NCBI RefSeq assembly: GCF_006345805.1
Contig: NW_021833725.1
Span: 1 to 55,245, forward strand
Reading direction: 5' to 3'
Source of the DNA: Octopus sinensis
Lineage: Eukaryota
Length of the DNA: 55,245 nucleotides
Shown: positions 12,211 through 24,347 of the stretch, piece after piece
Layout: each line of letters begins with the position of its first letter
Position numbering within the stretch: position 1 is the stretch's first letter
Translations under genes and position numbers: made by a program
Notes under the pieces: generated by a model
What the model was told of the DNA's origin: nothing
The model's database searches: none
Seen by the model: the letters and a program-made list of their open reading frames with translations, nothing else

Positions 12211-12758
12211 CTGGAAAAAACATGGAAACAGAAGTATGTATTCTCATGCAGAATTAGACTGAAATTGAAGATGGCGTGTAATAATAATATAGAAGAACGT
12301 GGTGATATTTGACCAGTAGACTTGTGGACACTCTGCAAAATACTTCGACGGGAAAGTTACTCGTTTTGTTAAGCCAGAGATCCGTTAGTTCCAATCAAGT
12401 GGACATATAGCCACAGCACTCCATTCCTTGACTATGGCCAGCTTATTTTCAAACGATGTATGAGATTACTTCTCCAAAGTGTCATTGCTTTCAGTAAAAA
12501 ATAGTTAAGAACTTTAAAGGGAGTTTTGCTGATATTTCAAGCAGATGAAACTATCATATAGGGACAATCGTCTTCTACTTGAGATAGATTAGTTAATATA
12601 TCTATTTGTATCTTTAGGAGACATTTAATCTGTCGTTTTATTTACGCTATGACTATTTTTGTTGAAATATCTATTTACTATCGCAAACGCCAGCTTCTAT
12701 CCACTAACCAAACTAGTTTAAAGGAATTAGTGTGTCTGATCATGTAAAAAGATATTTA

Positions 12759-13200
12759 GGCGCAGGAGTGGCTGAGAGGTAAGTAGATTGTTTACCAACC
12801 ACATGGTTCTGGGTTCAGTTCCACTTCGCGGCACCTTGGCCAAGTGTCTTCTACTATAGCCTCGGACCGACCAAAGCCTTGTGAGTGGATTTGGTAGACG
12901 GAAACTTAAAGAAGCTCGTTGTATATATGTTTATATATATATATGTATATATATATGTGTGTGTGTGTGCGTGTGTTTGTGTGTCTGTGTTTGTCCCCCT
13001 AGCATTGTTTGACAACCGATGCTGGTGTGTTTATGTCCCCGTCACTTAGCGGTTCGGCGAAAGAGACCGATAGAACAAGTACTGGGCTTACAAAGAATAA
13101 GTCCCAGGGTCAAGTTGCTCGATTAAAGCCGGTGCTCCAGCATGGCCGCAGTCAAATGACGTGAAACAAGTAAAAGAGTAAAAGAGTTAAGAGTAAAGAG
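12759..13200 (+). mobile_element. Full-length SINE-B (reference copy)
   Basis: Head ggcgcaggagtggctgagaggtaag...gggttcagttcc (A/B-box like), ggcaccttggccaagtgtctt core, internal (TA)(TG) tract, (gagtaaaa)n tail. Confidence 0.92.
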
Positions 13201-13660
13201 TATACCAAAATAGTTATAGGATAAATGAGATGAGATATAATTAAAGGTGCACTGGAGATACAGGTAGATATAAGGATTATATAAAGTTTGTGCATATGTC
13301 TAGAAATAGGCGGATTAATCTGAATGACTTCAGGTAAGATGAGAGACAGGTGACGAAAAGATAGGAAGGAAGATAAACGTTACATATACAACAGACGGGA
13401 AGAAGACAGAAAAGAAAAACAAACAGAATTATTCAAGAAGATAGATATGCTGAGTGATAACGAGCTATAGACAAACAGACAGACAACTGGAGCAGAATGA
13501 TAAAGGTATGGAGTGTGGGCGAGCTAGACACATGTACGCATACACCTACATAAAAAAACAAGCGCAGGCATATATAGAGGGAGATGAAGGCAAACGCAAC
13601 GTGTAAAGACAAAGACAGCAGACGAACATACGAAAATACAGAAGAACGACAAAAATAAAA

Positions 13661-13739
13661 TGACAGAGAAAATTACAGACACACACACACATGCATACAT
13701 ACGTACATACATACATATACATGCATACATACATACATA

Positions 13740-13773
<34 letters not shown>

Positions 13774-13793
13774 CATACATACATATACATACA

Positions 13794-13825
<32 letters not shown>

Positions 13826-13895
13826 CATGCATACATACATACAAGGACAGAAAATTACAGACACACATACATACATACATACATACATACATACA

Positions 13896-13929
<34 letters not shown>

Positions 13930-14131
13930 CATACATACATACATATATACATACATACATATACATACATACATACATACATGCATACATACATACATAC
14001 AAGGACAGAAAATTATAGACACATACATACATACATACATATATACATACATACATACATATATACATACATACATATACATACATACATACATACAAGG
14101 ACAGAAAATTATAGACACATACATACATACA

Positions 14132-14165
<34 letters not shown>

Positions 14166-14460
14166 CATACGTACATACATGCATGCAGACATATATACAT
14201 ACAAGGACAGAGAAAATTATAGACACACATACAATACATACATACATACATACATACATACGTACATACATACATACATAAACACATACACACAATATAC
14301 ATACATACATACAAGGACAGAGAAAATTATAGATGCACATGCATACATACATATATACATACGTACATACATACACACAATATACATACATACATACATA
14401 CATAAATACATACATCATACATACAAACATACATACACGCATACATACATATACATACAC
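13661..14460. repeat. (ACAT)n array punctuated by six copies of an aaggacag(ag)aaaattatagac motif
   Basis: Motif at about 13661, 13843, 14001, 14097, 14203 and 14313. Confidence 0.9.
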
Positions 14461-15040
14461 AGATGTTTATTTTTGCCCTCACGGACAAGAGCATGTCGGA
14501 CCACCGTGAACAAGACACACGCACGTACACACACTTATGCACACAAACATACAAACACATCTTTATGTATGCGTATGTGCGTGCGTGTATGCGTTTAATA
14601 CCTAGACAGAATATAAAATTCGACGTAGACATACACAAATATTCATGCTTAGATACACACTAACTCGAGAAAAATACACAAATACACTATCACACCCTCA
14701 ATATCTCAATATACACTGATTACACATGCATATGCACGTATTTACACACAAATACACGCACACTCATCGTCTTATTCACATGCTTTTCTGTTTAGACTTA
14801 TTGCTATATACGCATTCGAATTTTTTTTTTCCTGTGATGAACGTAAGATAGAAGACGCAGCTTGCATAGACAAATATAAAAAAAAAATGACGAACAATAA
14901 AATGCAGAAGCTTCTACGATTTGCCTTTCTTTCCCTCCTACCTCAAAACAACATGGCGATGTTGAGAGTTAAATATCGCAAGACAAACATTTCTCTCTTC
15001 AAGCTTGAAGAGTTACACGTGTTGGTTGGACGCCACTTAC

Positions 15041-15080
15041 AGCTGGAGGGTAAAAACTCCTGAGCTCTTGACTTTACCAT
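15041..15080 (-). CDS. Candidate short start exon (MVKSRAQEFLPSS + 1 nt)
   Basis: ATG at 15080; canonical gtaagt donor at 15040-15035; CpG-containing unique context. Confidence 0.2.
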
Positions 15081-15152
15081 TTCGTTCCTGCTAAGTCGAC
15101 GCTACCGTCATCATCGTTGTCATTTTCCCCCCTCGTTATCATCGTCAGTACA

Positions 15153-15159
15153 GTTGCTG

Positions 15160-15191
<32 letters not shown>

Positions 15192-15442
15192 GGTGTTGGT
15201 GGTGGTGGTGGTAGTGTTTCTTGTTGCTTTTTTTTTTGTCTCACTCCCCTCTTTTTTTTCCTTCATCGTTTCTTTACTTAGTGACACGTAGTTTCGTTCG
15301 TTTTAACGTGATAATATAGCAGCAACTTTAGACGAAAGACAGAGACTACTAAACAAAACAAGTTCCTGGCGGAACAAAGCGCGCAAGCTATAAGAACAGT
15401 CGCCAATAAGAGCAATAACGATACTACTATTACTACCACCAT

Positions 15443-15479
<37 letters not shown>

Positions 15480-15782
15480 GCCACTGCTACTGCTGCTGCT
15501 GCTAATACTACTACCACCACCACTACTAATACTACAACTGATACAGCTGATGTTCCTGATGCTGCTCACTATTAATAAGAACAATGCTCCTACTACTTTA
15601 CTACTACTACTACTACTACTACTACTAATAATAATAATAATAATAATGTTTACAATAGTAATAATAACAACAACAACAATAATGATAATAATAATTTTTA
15701 TTACTATTATTATTATTATGATTATTATTATTATTATTATTGTTATTGTTATTATTATTATTATATTATATTATTATTATTA

Positions 15783-15817
<35 letters not shown>

Positions 15818-16088
15818 TTATTATTGTGATGACGTGTAAGATGTTCGGGTTCAGAAAGATAATACTCATACTGGTAACACAGTAATAATAATAGCAACTA
15901 CAATGATTATCATCATCATCATCATCATAATAATAATAATAATAATAATAATAATTATAATAATTTTTATAATAGTAATATCAACAATAATAATAATGAT
16001 GATAATAATAATAATTTACAATTATTAATATTATTATTATTATTATTACTACTACTACTACTGTTACTACTACTATTAATACTACAAC

Positions 16089-16119
<31 letters not shown>

Positions 16120-16300
16120 GTTATTATTGTTATTATTATTATTATTATTGTGATGACGTGTAAGATGTTCGGGTTTAGAAAGATAACATTCGTACTGGTA
16201 ACACAGTAATAATAGTAGCAACAACAATAATAAATAACTGCGTCAATGAGAACATTATTGATGACGACGATGAGGATGCTGATGATGATGACAATGAAGG
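15153..16300. repeat. Trinucleotide microsatellite field (GTT/GGT/ACT/ATT/ATA/GAT)
   Basis: Direct reading. Confidence 0.9.
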
Positions 16301-17231
16301 TGATGATGTTGGATCGGAGGTGAGAATGATGCGTAAAGACGGCATTCATTTGGTGAGGATAGGGTGCAATGATGGCGATGATATGGAAGTAGAAGTTGAG
16401 ATATGAGAGACAAGAAACAGAAGGAAAAGAATCAAGAAGAGAAGACGAGAGAGAGAGAGGGATGAAGAGAAAGAGTGGGAGACAGAGCAGGATGTAGATG
16501 TTAAGAGCGCGGATGTATGAATATTTGTGAATGATTTTCATAACACACAACAAGAAAAAAGAAAGCAAAATAATAACCTGACATTCACTTCAAGGCGTGG
16601 TAGCCATAAAGTTTGGATAAGACTGTCAAAAATAACAGCGATGGTTTTTCTGCCTCCCCTTAAAAGTTGTTATTCAACAGGAAAACATACTTGTGTAAAT
16701 CTACGTCTGGCAGTAAGAACACCAAACACTGAGATAGATAGAGCTTACACTGGCATTTGCACACAGAGAAAACAAACTGACTTGAACGCGACACCGGAAG
16801 TAAGAAAACTATATATAAACAAATATGTCTTCTCTTTGTCGAGCCTCCATTGAATGAAATAGAAGAGCTTGTCCAGCTATAAGACCTGTCTGTCTTACAT
16901 GAAGTTGGATAAGGAGGGAACGAATATATTGAGTAGCTTGACGAGAGTGGCATTAAAATACAAAAATAAACGAGTATTCCATTTTCATGTGTCAGAGTTG
17001 TTTTTTGAATTTTATACTTTGTTTTGAGGTTTCTCGTTGACTAGAAAAAATATATATGTCGACTGCCATAATTTAATAAACGTGGTCAGAGGAAAACAAA
17101 AATAATGTAAGATGTCTATAAAATGAATACAAAAGGAATCTTCTTCTCTTGTATGTGTATTATTCTGTTTTTTGTTTTTATTTTTTACCTGTTTTCTCTC
17201 TGATACCGGCTTCTGTTGGACAGGCGTTGTA

Positions 17232-17343
17232 CAGGGTGTCCACAAACTTTAACACATACTTTAAGAAATTATTATTTCTTATATTTAATTCTTTATGTTA
17301 TGATTTTATTTACTCCGTGTACCCAGATTTTGTGGACACCCGG
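17232..17343. mobile_element. Tc1/mariner-type MITE, 112 bp
   Basis: TIRs ta|cagggtgtccacaaa ... tttgtggacacccgg|ta with TA flanks. Confidence 0.85.
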
Positions 17344-17436
17344 TAGAATACTACAAATCTCTTCAGTTATGGAACAAGTGATCGAAGTTCAATTCTCCTT
17401 TAAACCACTTCATTTTCTTTTCTAATCCTTCCTTAT

Positions 17437-17660
17437 ACGTGTAGCCAAGTGGTTTGAGGTTAAGATCGTATTTTCGATTCCTGGACCTGACAGTGCGTTG
17501 AATTCTTCTACAAAACACTTCCTTTTACACTGCCCCAGCTCCCACAGCTTGAAATAAGTAACTTTGCAACGGATTGGTATCCCGTTCTGGCGGATTGTTA
17601 TATGATCACAGCTACCTATACGCTATGAAAACCGGGTCACTAACCTTATGACTCGAGACA
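17437..17660 (+). mobile_element. Diverged SINE-D
   Basis: tttcgattcctggac B box and decayed central domain and tail homologous to the reverse complement of 11672-11922. Confidence 0.55.
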
Positions 17661-17991
17661 ATAAAATTCATGTGTTGATAACAGGATAGATAATGATGTC
17701 AGAATGCTGTTCTAGAACTGTAGTAATATCTTAGCCAGCTGAATCAGCATTTTATATTTGAATTCCTTTTAGAATCAATTCATATTTTTTTTCTAATTCT
17801 TTATACTTGGTGAATCTCGATCAGAGTTCTGAATTACGTTTGGATGGCTTTCCTATGAGGCTGAAATACTCGGTAATTGCTACCTCAACGAGCACATTTA
17901 GACATTCTATAATCCTTTACATTCCATTATGAACTTTAAATCGTATAAGCAATTTTATTTCTCGTAGCAAAACAAATATTTTTTTTAAATA

Positions 17992-18140
17992 TATGCAGCA
18001 CGGAATTTTGTCAGTAAACAGGTCGTGGTCTCAAAGCGACAAAAATATTTTGGCAAATTAAATTTAAATGTTGAAGTGAATTTAACGGTTTTTATGTGTT
18101 TCTCAAATGGCTTATAAACACCTTCCACGCTGCAATATTC
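17992..18140 (-). repeat. Unclassified interspersed repeat E, copy 2
   Basis: Reverse complement of 985-1128. Confidence 0.7.
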
Positions 18141-18182
18141 TTTATTTTTGTGATACTCACCGTCTATTTTTTTCTCCATCGG

Positions 18183-18333
18183 CAGTAGCGCAACAGCACC
18201 CCGGACGACGCTTTTATAGGGTGGCGTTTTTAAATCTACTGTATAAGACTATATACGCTAGGGGTCCAGGCAGAAGGAGAGCAAAAAGTATGGAGGACTG
18301 CTATGGATGGTGGGAATTCTAGCTACGCTACTG
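18183..18333. mobile_element. hAT-like MITE
   Basis: Ends cagtagcgcaacag / ctagctacgctactg; perfect 10-bp inverted repeat ggcagtagcg; the putative 8-bp TSD is only 4/8 identical. Confidence 0.55.
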
Positions 18334-18598
18334 CCTATTGATGTGCTTCTATTTAGATTTGCAAGGCACAAACATAAGATTTTCTCCCGAGATTTGACTT
18401 CACGCTTTAAACAAAATCTAAAACGAAGCAATTTCTGCTAATCCACTTCAATTGCATATTTGAGTATATGCTAAATACTTAGGTTAAGTGGCTTTTTTCC
18501 TCTTTAACAATTATTAATAAAGTAAGTCGCGTACAATCTATCTCTGGGGCTTTTAAAGAATGCCTTAGTAAAGTTTGTACAATATAAGTTTACTGAGG

Positions 18599-18633
<35 letters not shown>

Positions 18634-18720
18634 TATATATATATAATATTGTATAAGCACGCAGACTAAGGCAAAAACTGTCGGGTAGACAGACAGGCAG
18701 GCTAATAGATAAGTAGTTAG

Positions 18721-18744
18721 ATAAATAGATAGACAGATAGACAA

Positions 18745-18795
<51 letters not shown>

Positions 18796-18812
18796 TATAG
18801 ATAGATAGATAT

Positions 18813-18875
<63 letters not shown>
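18721..18875. repeat. (GATA)n microsatellite
   Basis: Direct reading. Confidence 0.97.
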
Positions 18876-19045
18876 TGAATGCATATATACTCCTGTTCAC
18901 CAGCATATATGTATATCAGGTAAATTCCGGTCCGATATCGTACCATCATATTCTGGTTCTTAAGACGTTTGTAAATTACGAACCCTCTCACCTAAAAACT
19001 GCTTATTCGACTTTATGCTCGCAAACAGACAACACACACATTAAG

Positions 19046-19079
<34 letters not shown>

Positions 19080-19345
19080 ACGTGCACCTATACGTGCTCT
19101 CACGCGCAAACTTCATTTCAACAGTGTCATCTCATATTGTCTATCATTAATTTGTTTCAATTAGCAAAACGTTGGAATGTTTTACGATTAATTGGATTTT
19201 CCCCTCATCAAACATTGAGACGCATTAATAATTATTCATATCTGTAATCGATTGCAAAGAGAAAAATACGTACGCAATCTATTTTATATATTCATGGAAT
19301 TCTTTATAATTAACACCGTCTCTTTTCGATTTCTCTTTTTAACAG

Positions 19346-19384
19346 CTGAGAGTACATCGAATCAGCCAATGAAGAATGGTACAG
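19346..19384 (+). CDS. Candidate 39-nt symmetric (phase 1-1) microexon encoding x-ESTSNQPMKNGT
   Basis: Polypyrimidine acceptor tcttttcgatttctctttttaacag, donor CAG|gtaagg, length divisible by 3, only one stop-free frame, unique flanks. Confidence 0.45.
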
Positions 19385-19486
19385 GTAAGGAGTAATAATA
19401 TTTTATAATATTTAATTACCGAATATACGTCTGTGTGTCGGTGAGACTGTGTGTATGTCTGTCTGAATATATATACATATACATAC

Positions 19487-20030
19487 AAGGCAGCGAGCTG
19501 GCAGAAACGTTAGCACGCTGGCGGAATGCGTAGCCGTATTTCGTCTACCGTTACGTTCTGAGTTCAAATTTCGCTGTGGTCGACTTTGCCTTTCATCCTT
19601 TTAGGGTCGATTAAATAAGTACCAGTTACACAGTGGGTCGATATAATCGACTTAATCCGATGTCTGCCTTTGTTTGTCCCCTCTGTGTGTAGCCCCTTGT
19701 GGGCAGTAAAAAAAAAAGGTATTTCGTCTGTCTTTACATTGATTTCAAATTCTGCCAAGGTCGACTTTGCCTTTCGTCCTTTCGGGGTCGATAAATTAAG
19801 TACCAGTTACGCACTGGGATCAATGTAATCGACTTAATCCGTTTGTCTGTCCTTGTTTGTCCCCTTGTGGACAGTAGAGAAATAAGAAACATTAGCACGC
19901 CGGGCGAAATGCTTAGTGGTATTTCGTCCGCCGCTACGTTCTGAGTTCAAATTCCGCGAAGGTCGACTTTGCCTTTCATCCTTACGGGATCGATAAATTA
20001 AGTACCAGTTGCATACTGAGGTAGACTTAA
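19487..20030 (+). mobile_element. Trimeric SINE-A array
   Basis: Three repeats of the gttcaaattc...ttcatcctt...taccagtt body; junctions at ~19718 and ~19880. Confidence 0.9.
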
Positions 20031-20044
20031 TAAAAAAAATTCAG

Positions 20045-20165
20045 AATAATTAACATTTCGTATAATTGTCCTTTTGAATAATTTTCATTCATACAATTTT
20101 CCATTCGAATAAATGTTTTTCGAATAATCGTTTTCGAACGATTATTTTCGAACAATGATTCCATA
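20045..20165. repeat. Degenerate ~14-bp tandem repeat (ttcgaataat-like)
   Basis: About eight successive ttcg(a/t)a(t/c)aa-like units. Confidence 0.6.
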
Positions 20166-21869
20166 ATTTCTATAACTGTATCGTATAGTAATTGAAGATT
20201 TGCCGGAATTGTACAGTTCTATTTAGTACAGCAAATAATTTTGAGTAATGTCGAGTTGAATCTAACTTTTGCTGGGGATAAGACGAGAAAAATGAAATTG
20301 AAATAAATTCGGAAGCCACTGCTTTACAAACTATACTGCTGTTTAATAACTGTGTCGTCTTATAGACGAAGTTCGTGGTTTTAGAAGATTTTTATTTTCT
20401 GAGATGAATTTTCAATGACGTTAGCTTTGGCTTCCAAGATCTGGATTCTATGAAATAAGAATCAATTAAATCCCAGGAAATTACTACTAATAATACGCTT
20501 AATGTATGTTCCCTTTCTTATAATAAGCTTCTTTTCTTTCTTTTTTTTTCTCTCTCTAAATTGTTCGTTTTCTATGTAATTGATAGAAATTCGTATATTT
20601 TAGTCAACAACAATACATCTGACATAATTTGAAGAGAGTCATTTCTCAGTACTTCCTGGGTAATAGTCATTTTCTTCTTCTGAACGAATATGCGAAATGA
20701 CACTAGTGAAATGCCATAAAGCACTCTACTAAAATACCGTTTTACTATCTTTAGCAACGACCTAAGTGACCCTAGCAAATACGCTATTTTGTTAGGGTTT
20801 ATAACAACAACGTGAACAGCACTAGTAAGTAAGTAGGTATTTTTTTGTCCACAACAATACTGTAAGCGATACTAACAATGTGTTATTTTCTACTATATAA
20901 CAATGTTCTTAACGACACTGAGACCAAGTGTTTACAAAACGAAAGAAGTACTGAATGACTCTGGAATAGATAAAAAAAAATTCGTTCATTGATTTTTAGC
21001 ATTGTTATCTTTTCCTTCTTCCCATTCAGCCTCCTTAATTTTAGTTTCTTACTTACCCTCTTGTTATTTTTATCCATGTCTTATTTAAAAGCTGGTATCT
21101 ATTAATATTATACGAATTTTTTCCCCGTGTCTTAATGCTGTGCGCATGAGTATGTGCCATACAGGTACATATCTATTAATGTCTGTCTGCATCTGTTTGC
21201 TTACAAATACTGTCAAAATTTACGTATCCATATCTAGCTTTTTACATATAATTTTTCAGTGTTTTTGAGAACTTGACATTTATTATACATCCAACTTTAT
21301 TTATTGTGTAATTTGAAGAAAATATGTAACACATGGCAAATTCGTAGTTGTGGAAAATGCTGAGTACACGTACTTGCATGCCCTCGTTCAATTTTGAATT
21401 TTAATCCCAAAGTTTTCTCCCCTGCCTCTTTTGACCTGTATTAATTAATTAATCCTCATATAATTTTGCTTCCTCCTTGCGTGAGTAATTATTTTCAATT
21501 AATAATTTATTGGTTTACTACATTGGATTTTCAAACACTTAGCATTTAGAAATATATCGACGCAGAGTCATGCTTAAGTCAGTTTGACATCCATTTGGTG
21601 ATAGCCACGTGAGCGTGTTCACTTCTGTTGCATTTCACGTACCAAATACAAGCAGTAATGAAAAACCATATATGGATCAAATGATAAATTGGATCAAAGT
21701 CATTAAAGGTTCTTGTAAGTGGGTAAGTTTAAAACACTTTCCGTTCAATGCAGCAAGTCTAAGAGTTATGTTGTAACTTCACGAAAAATGCGATGAAAGA
21801 CCAGTAAATGCTTAGTTCGATCAAAGATTATTCCTAGATTTTGAAATCAATGGAATAAATCACCATCGT

Positions 21870-22195
21870 CCTCTACTTACTGTTCTAAGCATGAAAATCA
21901 TATGGATCGCCATTTTGGTCTCTCTTGCGCTGTCCTTACGGTTTTTCTGTATTTTCTGTCTATCATTTCATAATATATATCTACGGAATTCTTGACTCCC
22001 CTCTTCCTATTTTCCCATACTTTATGCTTTCTGCTCATAATTCTAGTCAGCCATTTTGTCTAATTCAGTATCTAAAATATTTCAGTTTTCTCACTTTGAT
22101 AGTGTTTGATAAATTTGTCATTAAATTTGCCGTTCTTAACACTTCATCGTTGGTTTTGCGTACAGTCCATGCTAATCTCGAAAGTCTTTTATGGA
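21870..22195 (-). pseudogene. Decayed RTE-clade LINE ORF 3' end
   Basis: Manual translation KRLSRLAWTVRKTNDEVLRTANLMTNLSNTIKVRKLKYFRY*IR...GKIGRGESR...AQERPKWRS, matching the RTE ISW-x-TNEEVL / LKYFGH / GKRGRGRPR / AQDR-x-WR pattern. Confidence 0.78.
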
Positions 22196-22551
22196 GAACA
22201 CGTCAAATATCTTAGGCCTGGTTATCATATAATGCATGTTGTAATTTATACCCTTTTTTGTAGATAGTTCGACGCACCTTCGACTCTGTGAAAAGTATGA
22301 ATAAAGCGGAGATTTTTCGTTCAAAACGTTAACTGCTGCTCTATCAAATTCACTAGTCTGTATTGCAACAGTTTGCATTAATGTCCGATTAATTAATTGT
22401 CTGGAATCAAGTCCAAATATTGTCTTTATTGAATAATATTCTCTTGTACATTGACGCATATGAGGTAGCAAGTATTATTAATAAAAAATAAATAATAATA
22501 AAAACATAAAGACATCATTGTTAATGCAGTTATTAAGGTTTTCTAAAACAG

Positions 22552-22760
22552 TGTGCTGGCGGAGTCGTTAGCACGCCGGACAAAATATTTTGCGACATTT
22601 CTTCCGGCTTTACGCTCCGTGTTCAAATTCCGCTCAACTCATTTTCGTCACTCATCTTTTCAAAGTCGATAAAATAAGTGCCTGTCGAACACTGGGATAG
22701 ATGCAAGTGACTTACACCTCTTCTAAAAATTGCTGGTCTTGTGTCAAACAGAAGGAATTA
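22552..22760 (+). mobile_element. Diverged SINE-A
   Basis: gctggcggagtcgttagcacgccggac...gttcaaattccgc...gtcgataaaataag. Confidence 0.7.
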
Positions 22761-22834
22761 TTTGTTGTTAAGGGATCGATCTGGAAGAATCGCTACAGCA
22801 TCGGATAAAATATTGAACAGTGTTTCTTCCGACA

Positions 22835-23470
22835 AATTTGCTTCCTAACCATGATTCCGGGTTCAGTCCCCAGGCGTGAGTCCTTAGGAAAGTATCATCT
22901 ACCATAGCCCCTGCTCGACCAAACACTTGAGTAAATTTTGGTTGACGGAAAATGAAAGAAACCTGTCGTGTAAATGTATATATATTTCTTTACTGCCCAG
23001 AAGGGGCTAAACATAGAGGGGACAAACAAGGACATACGAAGAGATTGAGTCGATTATATCGCCCCCAGTGCGAAACTGGTACTTTATTTATCGACCCCGA
23101 AAGGATGAAAGGCAAAGTTGACCTCGGCGGAATTTGAACTCAGAACGTAACGACAGACGAAAATACCGCTAAGCATTTCGCCCGGCGCGCTAACGTGTCT
23201 GCTAGCTCGCCGCCTTAATGTATATATATACACACACATATACACGCGTGTGCATGCGTGTGTGTGTGTGTGGTGTGTGTGTGTGTGTGTGTGTGTGTGT
23301 TTATGTTTGTCACCCACCGCATTTGACAACCAGTGTTGGTGCGTTTACGTCTAAGTGGACCTAGCGTTTCGGCAAAAGAAGCCGATAAAATAAAGACTGG
23401 GCGTAACAAAATAAGTATTGCGGTCGATTCATTTGACCGAAATTCTTCAATGCTGAAACAAGTAAACGAA
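22835..23470 (+). mobile_element. Diverged SINE-B, interrupted by a SINE-A
   Basis: SINE-B head and body to 22984; resumes at 23217 through the tail. Confidence 0.78.
22985..23216 (-). mobile_element. Full SINE-A nested in the TA tract of SINE-B
   Basis: Complete minus-strand copy; TSD aatgtatatata at 22973-22984 and 23217-23228. Confidence 0.9.
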
Positions 23471-23493
23471 AAGAGGGATCATATTCGAAAGTG

Positions 23494-23556
23494 TTTGATT
23501 GCGATGACAAAATTCTTTGATGGCGATGACAAAATTCTTTGATTGCGATGACAAAA
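23494..23556. repeat. 22-bp tandem repeat x ~3 (tttgattgcgatgacaaaattc)
   Basis: Direct reading. Confidence 0.9.
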
Positions 23557-23705
23557 GTTGAATATCGATTTTCCGAAACATCTTGTTCCAGAGACTTTTC
23601 GGGTTACTGGTCTTTCCGAACCCAGGATGGTCACCTCTAATTTGAACGAATGATTACATTTACTTAAATATGTAAATGAAATACAGGTACCTGTACATTC
23701 ATATA

Positions 23706-23929
23706 CGAGGGGGGGGGGTGTTGAAAATTTCCTAACTTAAAGGATATCTCGAGAGGCCTGGTTAGAGGTCCATCCTTCCGAGTACTTTTACAGAGGGTTT
23801 AGAAAAACTGGAGGACCGCTGTAATAAATGCGTGTTTCTGAGAGGGGAATATGTCCAATGAAATCGTAATTAATTGATCCTCCTGTATATTCTTTTACCC
23901 AAAGCCAGAAACTTTTCAGCAACCCCTCA
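23706..23929 (+). mobile_element. Mariner-derived MITE retaining the transposase C-terminus
   Basis: TA-flanked TIRs cgagggg..tgttgaaaa / ttttcagcaacccctca; internal FTEGLEKLEDRCNKCVFLRGEYVQ*, the mariner GI.KL..RW.KC....G.YVE pattern. Confidence 0.82.
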
Positions 23930-23965
23930 TAAATGACACAAGTTTATTACTGCGGTATTGTACAA

Positions 23966-24197
23966 GGCGGCGAGCTGGCAGAAACGTTAGCGCGCCGGAC
24001 GAAATGCTGAGCGGTATTTCGTCTGCCGCTACTTTCTGAGTTCAAATTCCGCCGAGGTCGACTTTGCCTTTCATCCTTTCGGGGTCGATAAATTAAGTAC
24101 CAGTTACGCACTGGGGTCGATGTAATCGACTTGATACCTATGTCTGTCCTTGTTTGTCCCCTCTGTGTTTAGCTCCCTTGTGGGTAATAAAGAAATA
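23966..24197 (+). mobile_element. Full monomeric SINE-A (reference copy) with 15-bp TSD
   Basis: ggcggcgagctggcagaaacgttag (A box)...gagttcaaattcc (B box)...aaagaaata; direct repeat ggtattgtacaaggc at 23954-23968 and 24198-24212. Confidence 0.93.
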
Positions 24198-24347
24198 GGT
24201 ATTGTACAAGGCACTATAAAGCAGGGCACACACGTAACGTCGTTTGACCGCCAGGGAATTTGAAATTCCTGCTCATAAATGAATGCGGATTTAAGCTGCT
24301 CCGGACCATCAGTGTTTGGAAAGTTGGTATTGTACCTTTATACTAAA

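Noticed and set aside
13661-14340. Motif-spacer array as CRISPR
   Set aside because: Spacers are ACAT microsatellite and the context is eukaryotic
14953-15063. Short + ORF MAMLRVKYRKTN...
   Set aside because: 36 codons with no homology; the aacatggcg context alone is insufficient
16792-16820. ETS (accggaagt) plus TATA-like promoter; similar ETS words at 40385-40475
   Set aside because: Short motifs are expected by chance, with no linked transcript evidence
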